The position numbers and the translations under genes were made by a program. Positions 29,222 to 39,300 of a stretch of DNA of 64,000 bases are shown here, piece by piece. The number at the start of each line of letters is the position of its first letter. The first letter of the stretch is position 1. The notes beneath the pieces are model-generated. The model was not told the DNA's origin and made no database searches. It worked only from the letters and a program-made list of their open reading frames with translations. This stretch comes from an uncultured bacterium (lineage in GTDB: Bacteria; Omnitrophota; Omnitrophia; Omnitrophales; Aquincolibacteriaceae): NCBI GenBank assembly GCA_964508905.1, contig CAZDVO010000004.1, positions 11,956 to 75,955 on the forward strand, written 5' to 3'.

Positions 29222-30187
29222 GTGCACATGGCTCGCAAGAAATCCTTCAAATTCAAACTCACCAAGAAACAAAAACGCAGGATCGTCGTCGGTTTAGCGA
29301 TGACGCTTTGCGCCATCGGTGTGTTCTGGCTTTTCGCGCGTCCCGTCAAAACGCCGTCTCCCCGCGTGGTACGGCCGCGCCCCTACCCCGTAGCCACGGT
29401 CACTCCGAAGAAAACGGTCGAGCAACCCAAGCCTTTGATCCCCGCCGTAGTTCCCGCGCCCAAGGTAGCCGCCAAACCGGCTGAACCGGCGAAGCCCCGC
29501 CGGCGCTGGTTCACGTCAAAACCCAAGGTGACGTTCGTGATCGATGATGTCGGTTATCACATCCGGGACAGGGACAAGCTCGCGGCCTTAAGCGACAAGG
29601 TCACCTACGCTGTGTTGCCGCTTCTTCCTTATTCGCGCTATTTCGGCAACCTGAGCCGCACCACGGGCGCCGAGGTGATCCTGCATCTTCCTCTGGACAC
29701 GATGCAGGACAAGGTTCCGGGACGTGGACTCATTGTGGAGACCATGAGCATTGAAAACATCCTGGATATGCTCGCGCGAGACCTGAACTCGGTTCCAAAC
29801 CATGTCGGGGTCAATAACCATATGGGATCTCGAGGCACCGCGAGCCGTGAGATGATGACGGTCATATTGAAGGATTTGAAACGGCGGGGCCTCTTCTTCC
29901 TGGACAGCTACACCACTCAGGAATCCGTTGTTCCTTCCGTCGCGCGAGCGATCGGTCTCCCGATCCTGACGCGGGGCGTCTTCCTCGACAACGTCGACAC
30001 CAAGCCCGCGATCCAAGCTCAGATCCAGGAACTCCGAAAAGTAGCCCGAGCAAAAGGCAACGCCATCGCGATCGGCCACTACCGCACCAAAACACTCGAA
30101 GTCCTGGCTGAGGAGATCCCGGCCATGGAAGACGAAGGTTTTCTGATCATTACCCTGCAGGAGATGCTGGAGATCCAACGCGATTAA
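29222..30187 (+). CDS. Divergent polysaccharide deacetylase (YibQ family)
   Basis: N-terminal TM; 'VTFVIDDVGY', 'HLPLD', 'GVNNHMGS' motifs of the YibQ family. Confidence 0.8.
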   Translation: MHMARKKSFKFKLTKKQKRRIVVGLAMTLCAIGVFWLFARPVKTPSPRVVRPRPYPVATVTPKKTVEQPKPLIPAVVPAPKVAAKPAEPAKPRRRWFTSKPKVTFVIDDVGYHIRDRDKLAALSDKVTYAVLPLLPYSRYFGNLSRTTGAEVILHLPLDTMQDKVPGRGLIVETMSIENILDMLARDLNSVPNHVGVNNHMGSRGTASREMMTVILKDLKRRGLFFLDSYTTQESVVPSVARAIGLPILTRGVFLDNVDTKPAIQAQIQELRKVARAKGNAIAIGHYRTKTLEVLAEEIPAMEDEGFLIITLQEMLEIQRD

Positions 30188-30189
30188 AG

Positions 30190-30273
30190 GGGACAGGCTG
30201 AATTTCGGGGTCTGGCTCCATTTGATTTTTTGAAATGGTGCCTGACCCCTAAAATTAATTCAGCCTGTCCCTT
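30190..30273. terminator. Bidirectional nested hairpin between convergent genes
   Basis: GGGACAGGCTGAATT (30190-30204) pairs with AATTCAGCCTGTCCC (30259-30273). Inner inverted repeats GGGGTC/GACCCC and CCATTT/AAATGG flank a TTTTTT run. Confidence 0.6.
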
Positions 30274-30275
30274 TT

Positions 30276-31754
30276 TTAGATTAATTGAGCGCGAAAGGTC
30301 TCATGATAGAGACCGGTCAGTTCCATCCTCACAAATTGTCCCGATAGATCCTTCTCCGATTCAAAAAGCACGCGACGATCCTGATCAAGCCGCCCGACCC
30401 ACTCCCGGGGATTCTCGTCATTGCGCCCTTCCACAAAAACTGAAAAGGCCCTTCCAATGTATGTCTGGCTTTTGGCGTCCGTGATCTCTTTCTGGACCTT
30501 TAGCAGTTCCTGATTCCGCGAGGCCTTTACTTCCGAAGAGACATCGTCCGGAAGTTTTGCCGCGGGCGTCCCCGGGCGCACGGAATACTTGTAGATAAAA
30601 GCGCTGTCAAAGCGAATCGTCTCAAGTGTCTGCCGGGTTGCCTGGTGATCTTCCTCCGTTTCGCCCGAGAAGCCGACGATAATATCGGTGGTGATCGAGA
30701 TATCCGGGACAAGCTCCCGCAAACGATCGATCTTGGTTTTGTATTCCTCGATCGTATGGAGGCGCTTCATGCGTTTCAGCATCCGGTCGGAGCCGGACTG
30801 CAGCGGAAGATGGAACCGCCGGCCGATCTTGGGATTCCTCGCGATCACCTGAAAAAGTTCCTCCGTCGCGTCGGAGGGGTGCGATGTCGTGAACGAGATC
30901 CGTTCCAGCCCGTCGATCTTGCAAAGCCTCTCGAGCAGTTCCGGGAACGATGTTTCCCGCTCAACGCGCAACGCGCAACGGTCAACGGGATTTTGCGTTG
31001 CGCCACCCTTATAACTATTCACGTTCTGTCCGAGCAGCGTGACCCACTTGGCGCCCGTCGCGACCAACTTTTCGGCTTCACGACAGACTTCGGCGGCAGG
31101 CATCGAAACTTCATGCCCCCGCGTGATCGGCACAATGCAAAATGTGCATTCCTTGTCGCAGCCGGTCATGATCGGAAGCCATGCGTGAAAACGGCTGTCC
31201 CGTTTCGTGAAATCGCTGTATTCGATCGAGATCCCGTCCTGCTTGATCCGTGCTAAACGCGTCGGAGGAGGTTCCGTCTCAGCTAAAGCGTTCCGGCGCC
31301 GCGTTTCCTGAACTTGCCGGATCATTGCCGGAAGCTCGCGGATATTCCGCGTCCCGATCATCAGATCCAGGTACGGGAATCGCTTGAAGAGTTTTTCCCG
31401 ATATTCTTCCACCATGCATCCCATAAGACCGAGAATGAGTTCGGGACGTTCTTTTTTCTCAACCCCCAGCATCCCGAGGCGGCCCCAGACCCGCTCTTCC
31501 GCGTGATCGCGCACCGAGCAGGTATTCATCAGAACGATGTCAGGTCTTAGAGGTTGTCCCGAAACCTCACGCCCCGTGTTTGGAGCTTGGATCTCTCGCG
31601 AGGCCGGGACAAACGGAGCGAAAGCGCTTTCGTCTGTAAAAACTTCAAATCCCGCCTGCTCAAGCAGCCCCGCCGCGACTTGGCTGTCGTAAGCGTTCAT
31701 CTGACATCCGAAGGTTTTCAGGAGAACCTTTTTATTCATAAAACCTGTATCCAT
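30276..31754 (-). CDS. miaB: tRNA (i6A37) methylthiotransferase MiaB
   Basis: 'KVLLKTFGCQMNAYDS', 'CTFCIVP' radical-SAM motif and a C-terminal TRAM domain. The likely true start is MNKKV at 31736. Confidence 0.9.
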   Translation of the reverse strand: MDTGFMNKKVLLKTFGCQMNAYDSQVAAGLLEQAGFEVFTDESAFAPFVPASREIQAPNTGREVSGQPLRPDIVLMNTCSVRDHAEERVWGRLGMLGVEKKERPELILGLMGCMVEEYREKLFKRFPYLDLMIGTRNIRELPAMIRQVQETRRRNALAETEPPPTRLARIKQDGISIEYSDFTKRDSRFHAWLPIMTGCDKECTFCIVPITRGHEVSMPAAEVCREAEKLVATGAKWVTLLGQNVNSYKGGATQNPVDRCALRVERETSFPELLERLCKIDGLERISFTTSHPSDATEELFQVIARNPKIGRRFHLPLQSGSDRMLKRMKRLHTIEEYKTKIDRLRELVPDISITTDIIVGFSGETEEDHQATRQTLETIRFDSAFIYKYSVRPGTPAAKLPDDVSSEVKASRNQELLKVQKEITDAKSQTYIGRAFSVFVEGRNDENPREWVGRLDQDRRVLFESEKDLSGQFVRMELTGLYHETFRAQLI

Positions 31755-31822
31755 ATTGAATTAACGAGTCGAGTATAAGAACACCAACGATTATCGGAAG
31801 GCATGCCCTACGATTGCGATTC

Positions 31823-32515
31823 TTAGTCTTCGCACGGAGGATACTGCAGCGGCGCTTTTCCGATGATCTCCAATATCACCGATTTGGAGTCCACATTTCC
31901 GGCTTTTCGCATCTCTTTTAACTCCACGTTAAATTGCCAACCATCGCCGTAATCAAAGAGAAAAATCAACTTTTCGCCGACACACTTGAAGGCTTGAGAT
32001 ATTTTCACCTTTTTAACGCCCTTTGCCAATTCGCGCGTCGGGTCCTCACCGATATCGACAAAAAGTTCGAACGCTTTTTTACAATTCTTCATGTCTTCCA
32101 AAGTGTCGTAAAACCCAAAGCAATGGTCGAACTGAAAACCAAACGCCTGCGTTATAACCCTGGCGAAATTGTACAAGCTTTTTGATCCCGGGATCTGAAT
32201 CCTGCGTATGATCTTCTTTGCTTCCGTGCATTTTGCATCCCCATAGAGCCAGACATCAAAAGTATAAAGGCCGGACACGGCTCGCATCCTCTTCTCTGGA
32301 GCCGGAGCAAGATCATCAATAACACGTGCCACCTTGTGGCCGCAGGCGCCGCAGAACCCTTGAAGCACCACAACGCCGCGCAGTTCCGCGTGATAATCAA
32401 CAATGGTCACAGCCTTCCGGCATTCCCCGCACCAAACGCTGTTCAAAAATATCTGCCTCGTATCTGCCGGAAGGCCTATCCACAATTTCAATGCTTCTTT
32501 CGACATTCTGCTCAA
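31823..32515 (-). CDS. Hypothetical Zn-ribbon protein
   Basis: 'CGECRK...(17 aa)...CGACGHK' tetracysteine ribbon at the N-terminus; the C-terminal 'FLFDYGDGWQFNVEL' is vaguely reminiscent of the pRiA4b-ORF3-like family (uncertain). Confidence 0.4.
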   Translation of the reverse strand: MSRMSKEALKLWIGLPADTRQIFLNSVWCGECRKAVTIVDYHAELRGVVVLQGFCGACGHKVARVIDDLAPAPEKRMRAVSGLYTFDVWLYGDAKCTEAKKIIRRIQIPGSKSLYNFARVITQAFGFQFDHCFGFYDTLEDMKNCKKAFELFVDIGEDPTRELAKGVKKVKISQAFKCVGEKLIFLFDYGDGWQFNVELKEMRKAGNVDSKSVILEIIGKAPLQYPPCED

Positions 32516-32534
32516 CCCTGTGTTGTCATGGTGA

Positions 32535-33554
32535 TTAAATCCTATTGATTTCTTTTTCCACGCCCCGTAGTTTTTCTATAATCTGATCGAACGCGGGCGG
32601 TTCTTCAAAAAACATCTGTTGCATCTGGCGATAATCATTTTTAAGCACACTCATTTGATCTTCCCGCGGCAATAACCGTAAGCCTGCCGGGGTCGCTTCT
32701 TCGTAATGCGCCCAATTAGCCTTGAAAAATAAGGCTTTATGCTCAGCAACAGTTTTTAGCAGCGAAATATTCTCCAACGCCCGCTTATATATCGGAGAAT
32801 CAACCATCGCGTATATATCGTAATAATGACGCGACATTCGCGGAGGCACATTCTTTTCGGCCGGATAATGATAGATCATATGCAAAATCGTGGCCTTCTC
32901 CCAAAACGTCCTCTCCGCGGCTAAAACACGCACAGAAACCCCTTCGACGATCCGCTCCCCGGGAACATTCACGATATAGGGAACAATCGTCGCGGTTTCA
33001 ACCGGCCAGGGATCAGCTCGAGCGCCAAACTCAACCTTGACCGATGACCTTACGTAGCTCTCCACATTACTTATCATGGCATGAGGAAAAGTAAACAGAA
33101 CCGTTTGGCTGTCCGGATCATCCGCATCCAACCCCAGCCTCCATTCCTTTTTATCAGGAAGCACCGACATGATCGCTTGCCTTAAGCTTGGGACAATAAC
33201 CTCATCGATCTTCGTCCTGCAGGCCGCCTGCAATTCTTTAAGTCGCTTCTGATTTTCTTTGTTGCTTTTCTCTTTGTCCGGCTCGATCGTCTTTACCTTG
33301 AACAAAAAAGGTCTTTCTATGGAAATATCGATGTCTTCCGAAAATCTTTTTATGACGTTGTAGCACTTCGAAAGCGACGTCCCTCCTTTAAAAGTTAAAT
33401 GTTCTCCGACCTCCGGCAATGAAAAGAGGACTTTCAGTATCCAGCACACCCAAAAGTCCTTCTCGACCAGTTGCGGCATGATGTTTAAATTGGCCGCGGC
33501 CACTTCGAAGTAGGCTCGTTTATCTTTTGCGTCAAGTGATACGAATTTATCCAT
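32535..33554 (-). CDS. AbiEii/AbiGii-family nucleotidyltransferase toxin (type IV TA)
   Basis: 'EKDFWVCWIL' and 'LTFKGGTSLSKCY...SEDIDI' hallmark motifs of DUF1814/AbiEii. Confidence 0.85.
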   Translation of the reverse strand: MDKFVSLDAKDKRAYFEVAAANLNIMPQLVEKDFWVCWILKVLFSLPEVGEHLTFKGGTSLSKCYNVIKRFSEDIDISIERPFLFKVKTIEPDKEKSNKENQKRLKELQAACRTKIDEVIVPSLRQAIMSVLPDKKEWRLGLDADDPDSQTVLFTFPHAMISNVESYVRSSVKVEFGARADPWPVETATIVPYIVNVPGERIVEGVSVRVLAAERTFWEKATILHMIYHYPAEKNVPPRMSRHYYDIYAMVDSPIYKRALENISLLKTVAEHKALFFKANWAHYEEATPAGLRLLPREDQMSVLKNDYRQMQQMFFEEPPAFDQIIEKLRGVEKEINRI

Positions 33555-33557
33555 AGA

Positions 33558-34166
33558 TCATTCCTGAAGCTGTTTGAATATGGCGCCTATCCACGCGGGG
33601 GCATATCGGAAATCACGCATCAGTTGCTTTTTTTCATCCCCTTTCAACCGGGCTTTCAATCTCCTGATCACTTTATCGTCAACGTGGTTCATCCCGAGAT
33701 ATCGCAGAGCCTGAATCACCAGCCCGCTGACACATCCGGCTGTGGCCATATTCTTGGGGGTTGTTCTTTTCAATACAACCTGCTGATTCTTAACCCGCAC
33801 AATCCTGTTCGCGCCGTCGGTTAGAAAAATAATTTTCGCAGGTACCTGCTCGGTCAACCCCAGCAGATTGGCGGCATAGGCCCCGGACGGTTGAATTTTC
33901 AAGTTATCTCTTCCGGCCAATGCTTGAGCTATCCGCTCATAATTCGCCGGAAGATCGCCCAATGTCGGATGTTTCTCAGGATAATCATAGAGACCCCGTG
34001 CCAAACGACGAATGGTCCCGGATCTTACCAGCCGACCCAATGCTTGATCGATGGCTGCACGATTTCCGAGATCAAGAAAATAGCTTGGAGTAAATACCCG
34101 CCCTCTATTTTTGTCGCTAATCCTATTGAGTACTTTTCTCTCAATACTCTGTGCCATATATGCCAC
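33558..34166 (-). CDS. AbiEi-family antitoxin / transcriptional regulator
   Basis: 202 aa with an N-terminal wHTH-like segment 'AIDQALGRLVRSGTIRRLARGLY'; immediately upstream of and co-oriented with AbiEii (3-nt spacing). Confidence 0.7.
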   Translation of the reverse strand: MAYMAQSIERKVLNRISDKNRGRVFTPSYFLDLGNRAAIDQALGRLVRSGTIRRLARGLYDYPEKHPTLGDLPANYERIAQALAGRDNLKIQPSGAYAANLLGLTEQVPAKIIFLTDGANRIVRVKNQQVVLKRTTPKNMATAGCVSGLVIQALRYLGMNHVDDKVIRRLKARLKGDEKKQLMRDFRYAPAWIGAIFKQLQE

Positions 34167-34175
34167 CTCTTCTTG

Positions 34176-34205
34176 TCAGAAAAAATATATACTTTTTCTG
34201 ACAGC
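34176..34205. promoter_or_regulatory. Near-perfect 30-bp palindrome just upstream of the abiEi start (candidate autoregulatory operator)
   Basis: TGTCAGAAAAAATATATACTTTTTCTGACA ends 10 nt upstream of the abiEi start codon. Confidence 0.45.
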
Positions 34206-34639
34206 ATGTCCAGGCATTTTTCCTCATTTTTCCGCTATCCGATGCAAATCAAATCCCCGCCGTCACAGAACCGGCGGGGATTTGTAGAGGAGAGTCAGGA
34301 TCTCGATAATCGGTCGGGTATACGAGTCCCAAAGTTCATCCAAAAGTCTTTAGGAGAACTTTTTTCATTTTGAGGGTTTTCCGTGATTAATGAGCGGCGA
34401 AATTTTGGATATAAAAACAACGCTCAAAAACTGAATTTAGGGACCTATTACGTTCGAAGTTCCTAATCGTGCGGTAATCGCGAAATCTGCCGAGCCCAGA
34501 AAACCATCTGCCGATCATCTGACGTTTCCGGAGCATTAAACGATTAGGGAAAATCACTTAACGATTCCCCAGCGAATTTGTTTGCCTATATTTCGTGACA
34601 TTTTTCGTGATGTTTTCATGCTTTCGTGCTACGAGCCTC

Positions 34640-36154
34640 TCATCTTCCCTTTTTCAGCTTTTGAAGCCGGTTAATCCCCTTCTTTGTTAACCGATATTTT
34701 TGCAATCGGCTGTTCGGCTTGTCGGGACTCGTGTACTTAACGTATTTTTCATCCAGCAATCCGCGTATAACTTTGTTCAATTGACCCGAAATGCCCTTTT
34801 GGCCTAGTCCCGCAGAAATGCTGGATTTACTCGAGATCTTGTTCTCCAAAAGAAGTAATACCCGGTCATCAAGCAACTCTGGCTGTGACTCTAGCCGTGA
34901 CTCTGGCTGTAACTCTGGCCGCGCCCTTGCCATTTTTGAGGCGCTTTTTCGCCACACCGTCAGGATAAAGAAGCCGCTCTCTAAACGGAACTCCGGCGCT
35001 TTCAGCCCGGCCTTCCGGCAATTGTCGAAGATATCAACAGTGCCGGTACCGGCTTTTTCGATATATTTCGTCAGGAAAAGAGGCTCTGCGATGAGTGGGT
35101 TCCCGGGCTGTGACGAATGCGGCTTGGACAGCCCGGCGATCGTAAGCGATGGAGGCAATGTCCCGGGATTCCAGATTTCAAGACGGTCCGCAAAAAGCAT
35201 GATCTCAACACTGGCATTGCTTGTGTAATCACGATGCGCCACCGCGTTGACGATACCTTCAGCCACAACCTCTTGGGGGATATCATACTCGACAGGCGCT
35301 TGCGGCCCCTTAGCACGAGTCCCCACAAAACGGTTGAGTTTCGACATCACAAAGTCAACGGCCTGATCGACCATCTCGAAGACCGTCCCCCGGTATATCT
35401 GATACGAAGCTATCGGCTTGAGTTTCTGCAGGCCATGAAAGTGCATGCACTTGACTTCGGAAGAAATAAGGAAACGCTGGGGCTTCTTACCGAATAAAAG
35501 TATCCCCGCATGGTTCGGCTTGTCTTTATCCAACAGATCCAGATGCGCCAGAACATCCATGACCGGCGTTCTCTCATCCAAAGCGAAGTCGCGCGCGTTC
35601 TTGGCACGTGTGAGAAACCAGCGGATCTTTTCCTCTGAAATATCCGACTTTGCGGAACCTCTGGAGGCCGTGGCGTCAAAAGGTCCTGTCATAATCCTGC
35701 CTGTCTCCAAAAGATGGCTTACGAGACTGGCATATACCGCAGCATTCAATTCCGGCAACGAATTAAAACGGCGTCGGATCAACTGATCCCCTGCCGTTTT
35801 CAACAACTCAAGCATTTTGGGATGACGATCCGCATCGCTTTCGCCCTTAACAAAAATCAACCGGCATTTACCGAGTTTAGACGCCAACAGGAACTCTTCA
35901 TGCGTCGGAGACCGTCCTTCCCGGTTCTCTTTGCCGTAATCGTCGCCGAATAGCCCGAGATAAATATCGCTCGCGCCGACTTCCTTCAAATAAACCTCAT
36001 CAGCCCGGCGATCACAAGCCGGAAGGTCTTCGAACAGAAAAATATCGAAAAACCTTCCCAACAGAGGATCGCCGGATATGTAATCCTTTAATCCCCTGCG
36101 CGCGTCCTTGAATTCCTTCTGAACGCTACTGATGAATATCTTGCGCTTGGTCAT
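34640..36154 (-). CDS. DUF4062 - AlbA_2 (Schlafen-like) - HATPase_c_4 - wHTH protein (paralog 1)
   Basis: The N-terminus 'KIFISSVQKEFKDARRGLKDYI...DIYLGLFGDDYG' is DUF4062-like. The middle 'VAEGIVNAVAHRDYTSNASVEIMLFADRLEIWNPGTLP' is the RecG-C/HATPase_c_4 signature; the C-terminus has a wHTH. The ATG at 36154 carries the SD GGGGAAGG; the ORF track starts at GTG 36172. Confidence 0.75.
   Translation of the reverse strand: MTKRKIFISSVQKEFKDARRGLKDYISGDPLLGRFFDIFLFEDLPACDRRADEVYLKEVGASDIYLGLFGDDYGKENREGRSPTHEEFLLASKLGKCRLIFVKGESDADRHPKMLELLKTAGDQLIRRRFNSLPELNAAVYASLVSHLLETGRIMTGPFDATASRGSAKSDISEEKIRWFLTRAKNARDFALDERTPVMDVLAHLDLLDKDKPNHAGILLFGKKPQRFLISSEVKCMHFHGLQKLKPIASYQIYRGTVFEMVDQAVDFVMSKLNRFVGTRAKGPQAPVEYDIPQEVVAEGIVNAVAHRDYTSNASVEIMLFADRLEIWNPGTLPPSLTIAGLSKPHSSQPGNPLIAEPLFLTKYIEKAGTGTVDIFDNCRKAGLKAPEFRLESGFFILTVWRKSASKMARARPELQPESRLESQPELLDDRVLLLLENKISSKSSISAGLGQKGISGQLNKVIRGLLDEKYVKYTSPDKPNSRLQKYRLTKKGINRLQKLKKGR
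34884..34931. repeat. In-frame 12-nt tandem repeat (x4) inside paralog 1 linker
   Basis: aactctggctgt / gactctagccgt / gactctggctgt / aactctggccgc; it encodes the PELQ/PESR/LESQ linker between the HATPase_c_4 and wHTH domains. Confidence 0.7.
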
Positions 36155-36172
36155 TTTGCCTTCCCCTGCCAC

Positions 36173-36290
36173 TCGATTAAAAAAGCCATGAACCTTTGCG
36201 GATTATACCAAAGACCCTACGGGTAGAGCTTAAAAAGTATAGCGCAAAGACGGGTGTAAGCGCGAGGCCAATGGTCAGCCAAAGTCCTTA
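36173..36290. repeat. Conserved ~120-bp upstream segment shared with 63297..63417 (about 90% identical), including a recombinase 3'-end remnant
   Basis: Aligns base-for-base with the region upstream of paralog 2. In copy 2 this DNA encodes the last ~20 codons of the serine recombinase ('...HWPRVYTRLCAILFKLYP*'). Copy 1 keeps '...HWPRAYTRLCAILFKLYP*' with its stop codon, but no recombinase body precedes it. Confidence 0.7.
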
Positions 36291-36395
36291 TGGACACTTT
36301 TTTTCTATCCGTAAACAACGATTTTTCCAAAATGACTCCCTTAGTTTTAACCTTTTTGAAAAAATTTAAACGGGTAGATGATATTTCAAAGTTGA

Positions 36396-39300
36396 TTACG
36401 CGGCAATAGCAACAATGAAGTTGTTATCGTAGGTTCGCTGTAGAGCGTCCAGAAGGCTTTCTTCCACGGTCCAGAAACCGCCCTCTTGTCTTACCTCCGG
36501 CATGCGGATGTCTTCCCCTCCTGAAATGGCCCAAAGAAGCGCCATTGCGAGCGAGCCGCTCTTGTCACTATTCATTTTGAAAAATGACACTCGCTTACGC
36601 AGGCTACCGATCGACGTCCGCGAAGGCAGGACTTGTTTTGATAAATGAACGGTGGGGACATGAAATCTTGAAAAAACGTTTACTGCTTGATCAAGATTAC
36701 GCTCCGTTCTCGTAACGCGTTCAAGCTTAAGGAGCGCTGCCAGCTCTTCATCATGAACTTGCCCGTTTTCGTTATAAACAATGATGCGCGTTTCCGATCT
36801 TGAAAGCGCCACGAACAGATATTCCTGCTTCTGCGCTTCCGACAAACTCCCCCAATCCTCCGCATCCAAAAATACCGTCACCGGTTGCGTATTTCGACGA
36901 ACATTCTGAATGATTTGATCGCTTGGACCGGTGCTCACTCCGGGGATTGTCTCCATGCGCGTCTCGCTCCGCTCCCTAGGAACCCTGTTAGGGGAGCGAT
37001 TCGAAGGCACACGTTTTGGAGACCCGTTAAAACCGATCGCAACAGATTCTATGGCGGATTCGTGCTGTCCCGGAGAAGTTCTCAACGCGCGAGCTTTAGA
37101 GCGAGTTTCCCGGGCAGCTGATGCTGCAGGAATATTCCGGAGCTGTTCGGCTTCGCGGTCGGGATACTGCGCTAGAAATTCGTCACGCCACTTAATCACG
37201 TCATGCTCAGTAGGCGTCCAAAGACTCCGATACCAAGTCTTATCCTCCGGATAGTAATCCCGATGCAGGGGGTGAACTTTTTTGCCGGACAATAAAAATT
37301 GGACGCGCCTCACAAGAACCTGGACCAGCGCATAAAGCCGGTAGATCAAAGCCTCCACGCCCCTAGCCTGGCGCTTCAGATTTTTCGGTAAATAAGAGTC
37401 GTCCTTCGCGACAAGAAGCTTCCACTGTTTTTTTTCCGGCAAATACGCCACGACGTTGATACCGACATTCTGGGAGAAATCCGCAAAACCTCGCACCGCC
37501 GTATATTTTTTGACGGAAATTTGTCCAAAGGCCATCAATAGCGCAAGGATGGATCCGCCATGCGCTCCAATAGCTACGGTTTTTCCCTTAATTGAAGGGC
37601 TGTTTAATAAATCCTGAGAGAATTCCCGAAGGTCGCCCATCATTCCGGCCAATGAATCCAACTGCAAGGTGGTAACGGCTTCTGGGTATCGTTCGAAAAA
37701 ATTTTCTGGGTCAAAAATCACTTTGGCCATTTTGCCCGGAACACCTGCGACAGGGAATATACTGGTTTCAGCCAAACGAGAATCGACCGGCATGACACCC
37801 TGGCGCCCGCGACGCTTCCATAAGGGATACAGGGTTTGGTATGCCCTTTCCGAATCGCTGGATACAAAAATATCGAACGGAATTTTTGCGAGAAATTTAT
37901 CCAGGGCCTGGGCCTGTTTCTTTCCGCGAAAAGTTCCGGGGGAGAAACCATAACGTGTTTGCGTGACCTTCGTCAAATTTGAAATCGACTCTTGATGACG
38001 GATCGCATAGACCACAACCGCGTCAGGATGTGCTTCCCTCCAACCCGAATGCCAAAAATCCAGAACACTTCCATATTCCGGCGTCAGAAACGCCTTTTGT
38101 TCGGGGGTTAACTCACGATGAGGTTCCAGAGAAGTTGCCAAATCGCGCATTTCGGATCGGGGTTTTACTGCCGGCTCTTGCCCAGCAACGTCAGGCGTAT
38201 CCGCCGCCGCGCGGTCGGGCTCGGCCCCCTTCATCGCCGCTCCATCGCCCGGCGGGTTGTCTGTAGCTGTTTTTGCCTTGATAATTTTGAAAGCCGCGTC
38301 GACTTCTTCTAACAATAACGGCATCTCCTTCCCATTGAACATATCGACTATCTCACGACTAGTTATTTCTCTGCCCCTGTTTTGTTTAGTCACTTCAAGC
38401 CATTGATTAAAAATAAAGAGATCTTTGTCCGGGGAATTTATTGATAACTGTTTTATCAAAACAGGTAGCCCGATAATAAAGCCACGGTATCTATCACTGT
38501 CAAAACGAGGGTTACCTCGAATGATCTTTCTGTTTTCCGGAAGTTTCCCCATAATAGAATCTTGAACAAGTTCCGGCAAAATCATTAAAATATCCCCATT
38601 CCGAATACCAGACAACGCATCGCGAATGGCCATTGCTGAGGCGCCTTCATAATTCATGCCTCTTAAAAGCGTCTCTTGAAATAAATTTTCCTTTCTCGAA
38701 CTCTCCGCCGCGTTAACCTCTTCGGGAAGCAATTCGCTATCATGCGGCTCGCGCTCACTAAATAAAACATTGATAAAAACATTGTTAGTTTCTAAGAAGG
38801 CCTTATGCTTCCTCAAAAGTTCGGAAAACTTTAAAAGAGTATCAGGTTCTGGTTTCCCGTCTTTTATCTTCGCCCTATACTGATGCGTTCGCTCCCATAA
38901 TTCATAATCAGGCGCGAAATAATGCCTATGATCTGATCCTCCCAGATTGAAAGCGTAGAACCTTCCATTTTTTCTGCCCACGTTCAACTTAATCAGATCA
39001 ATAAAATCTGACTCTCCATCCGTAGAAGTCCCCTTTCCTATATCGCTGTATTCAAAGATATCCTTCACATAGCCCGTCATAAGAGCGATAAACTCAGCCA
39101 CAATATCATGCCTCTCTTCAATGGTCCTTCCGATGGCACCCTTCCTGTCATCCGCCCCCTGAACGCGAATAACCCCTATATCGGCCTTGCTTTGTACCAT
39201 GGCACGAAACATAGCCTCAATATGCCCGAAATGCAATGGATTGGCGGCTATAGAATAATAAAGCATTTTTGCATCCCCTGAATCCTCATCCGAACTAGTC

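Noticed and set aside
34590-34630. Three 'TTTCGTG' direct repeats just 3' of AlbA_2 paralog 1
   Set aside because: The motif is short and low-complexity (T-rich), and no matching element lies 3' of paralog 2. It is probably chance or part of a terminator region.
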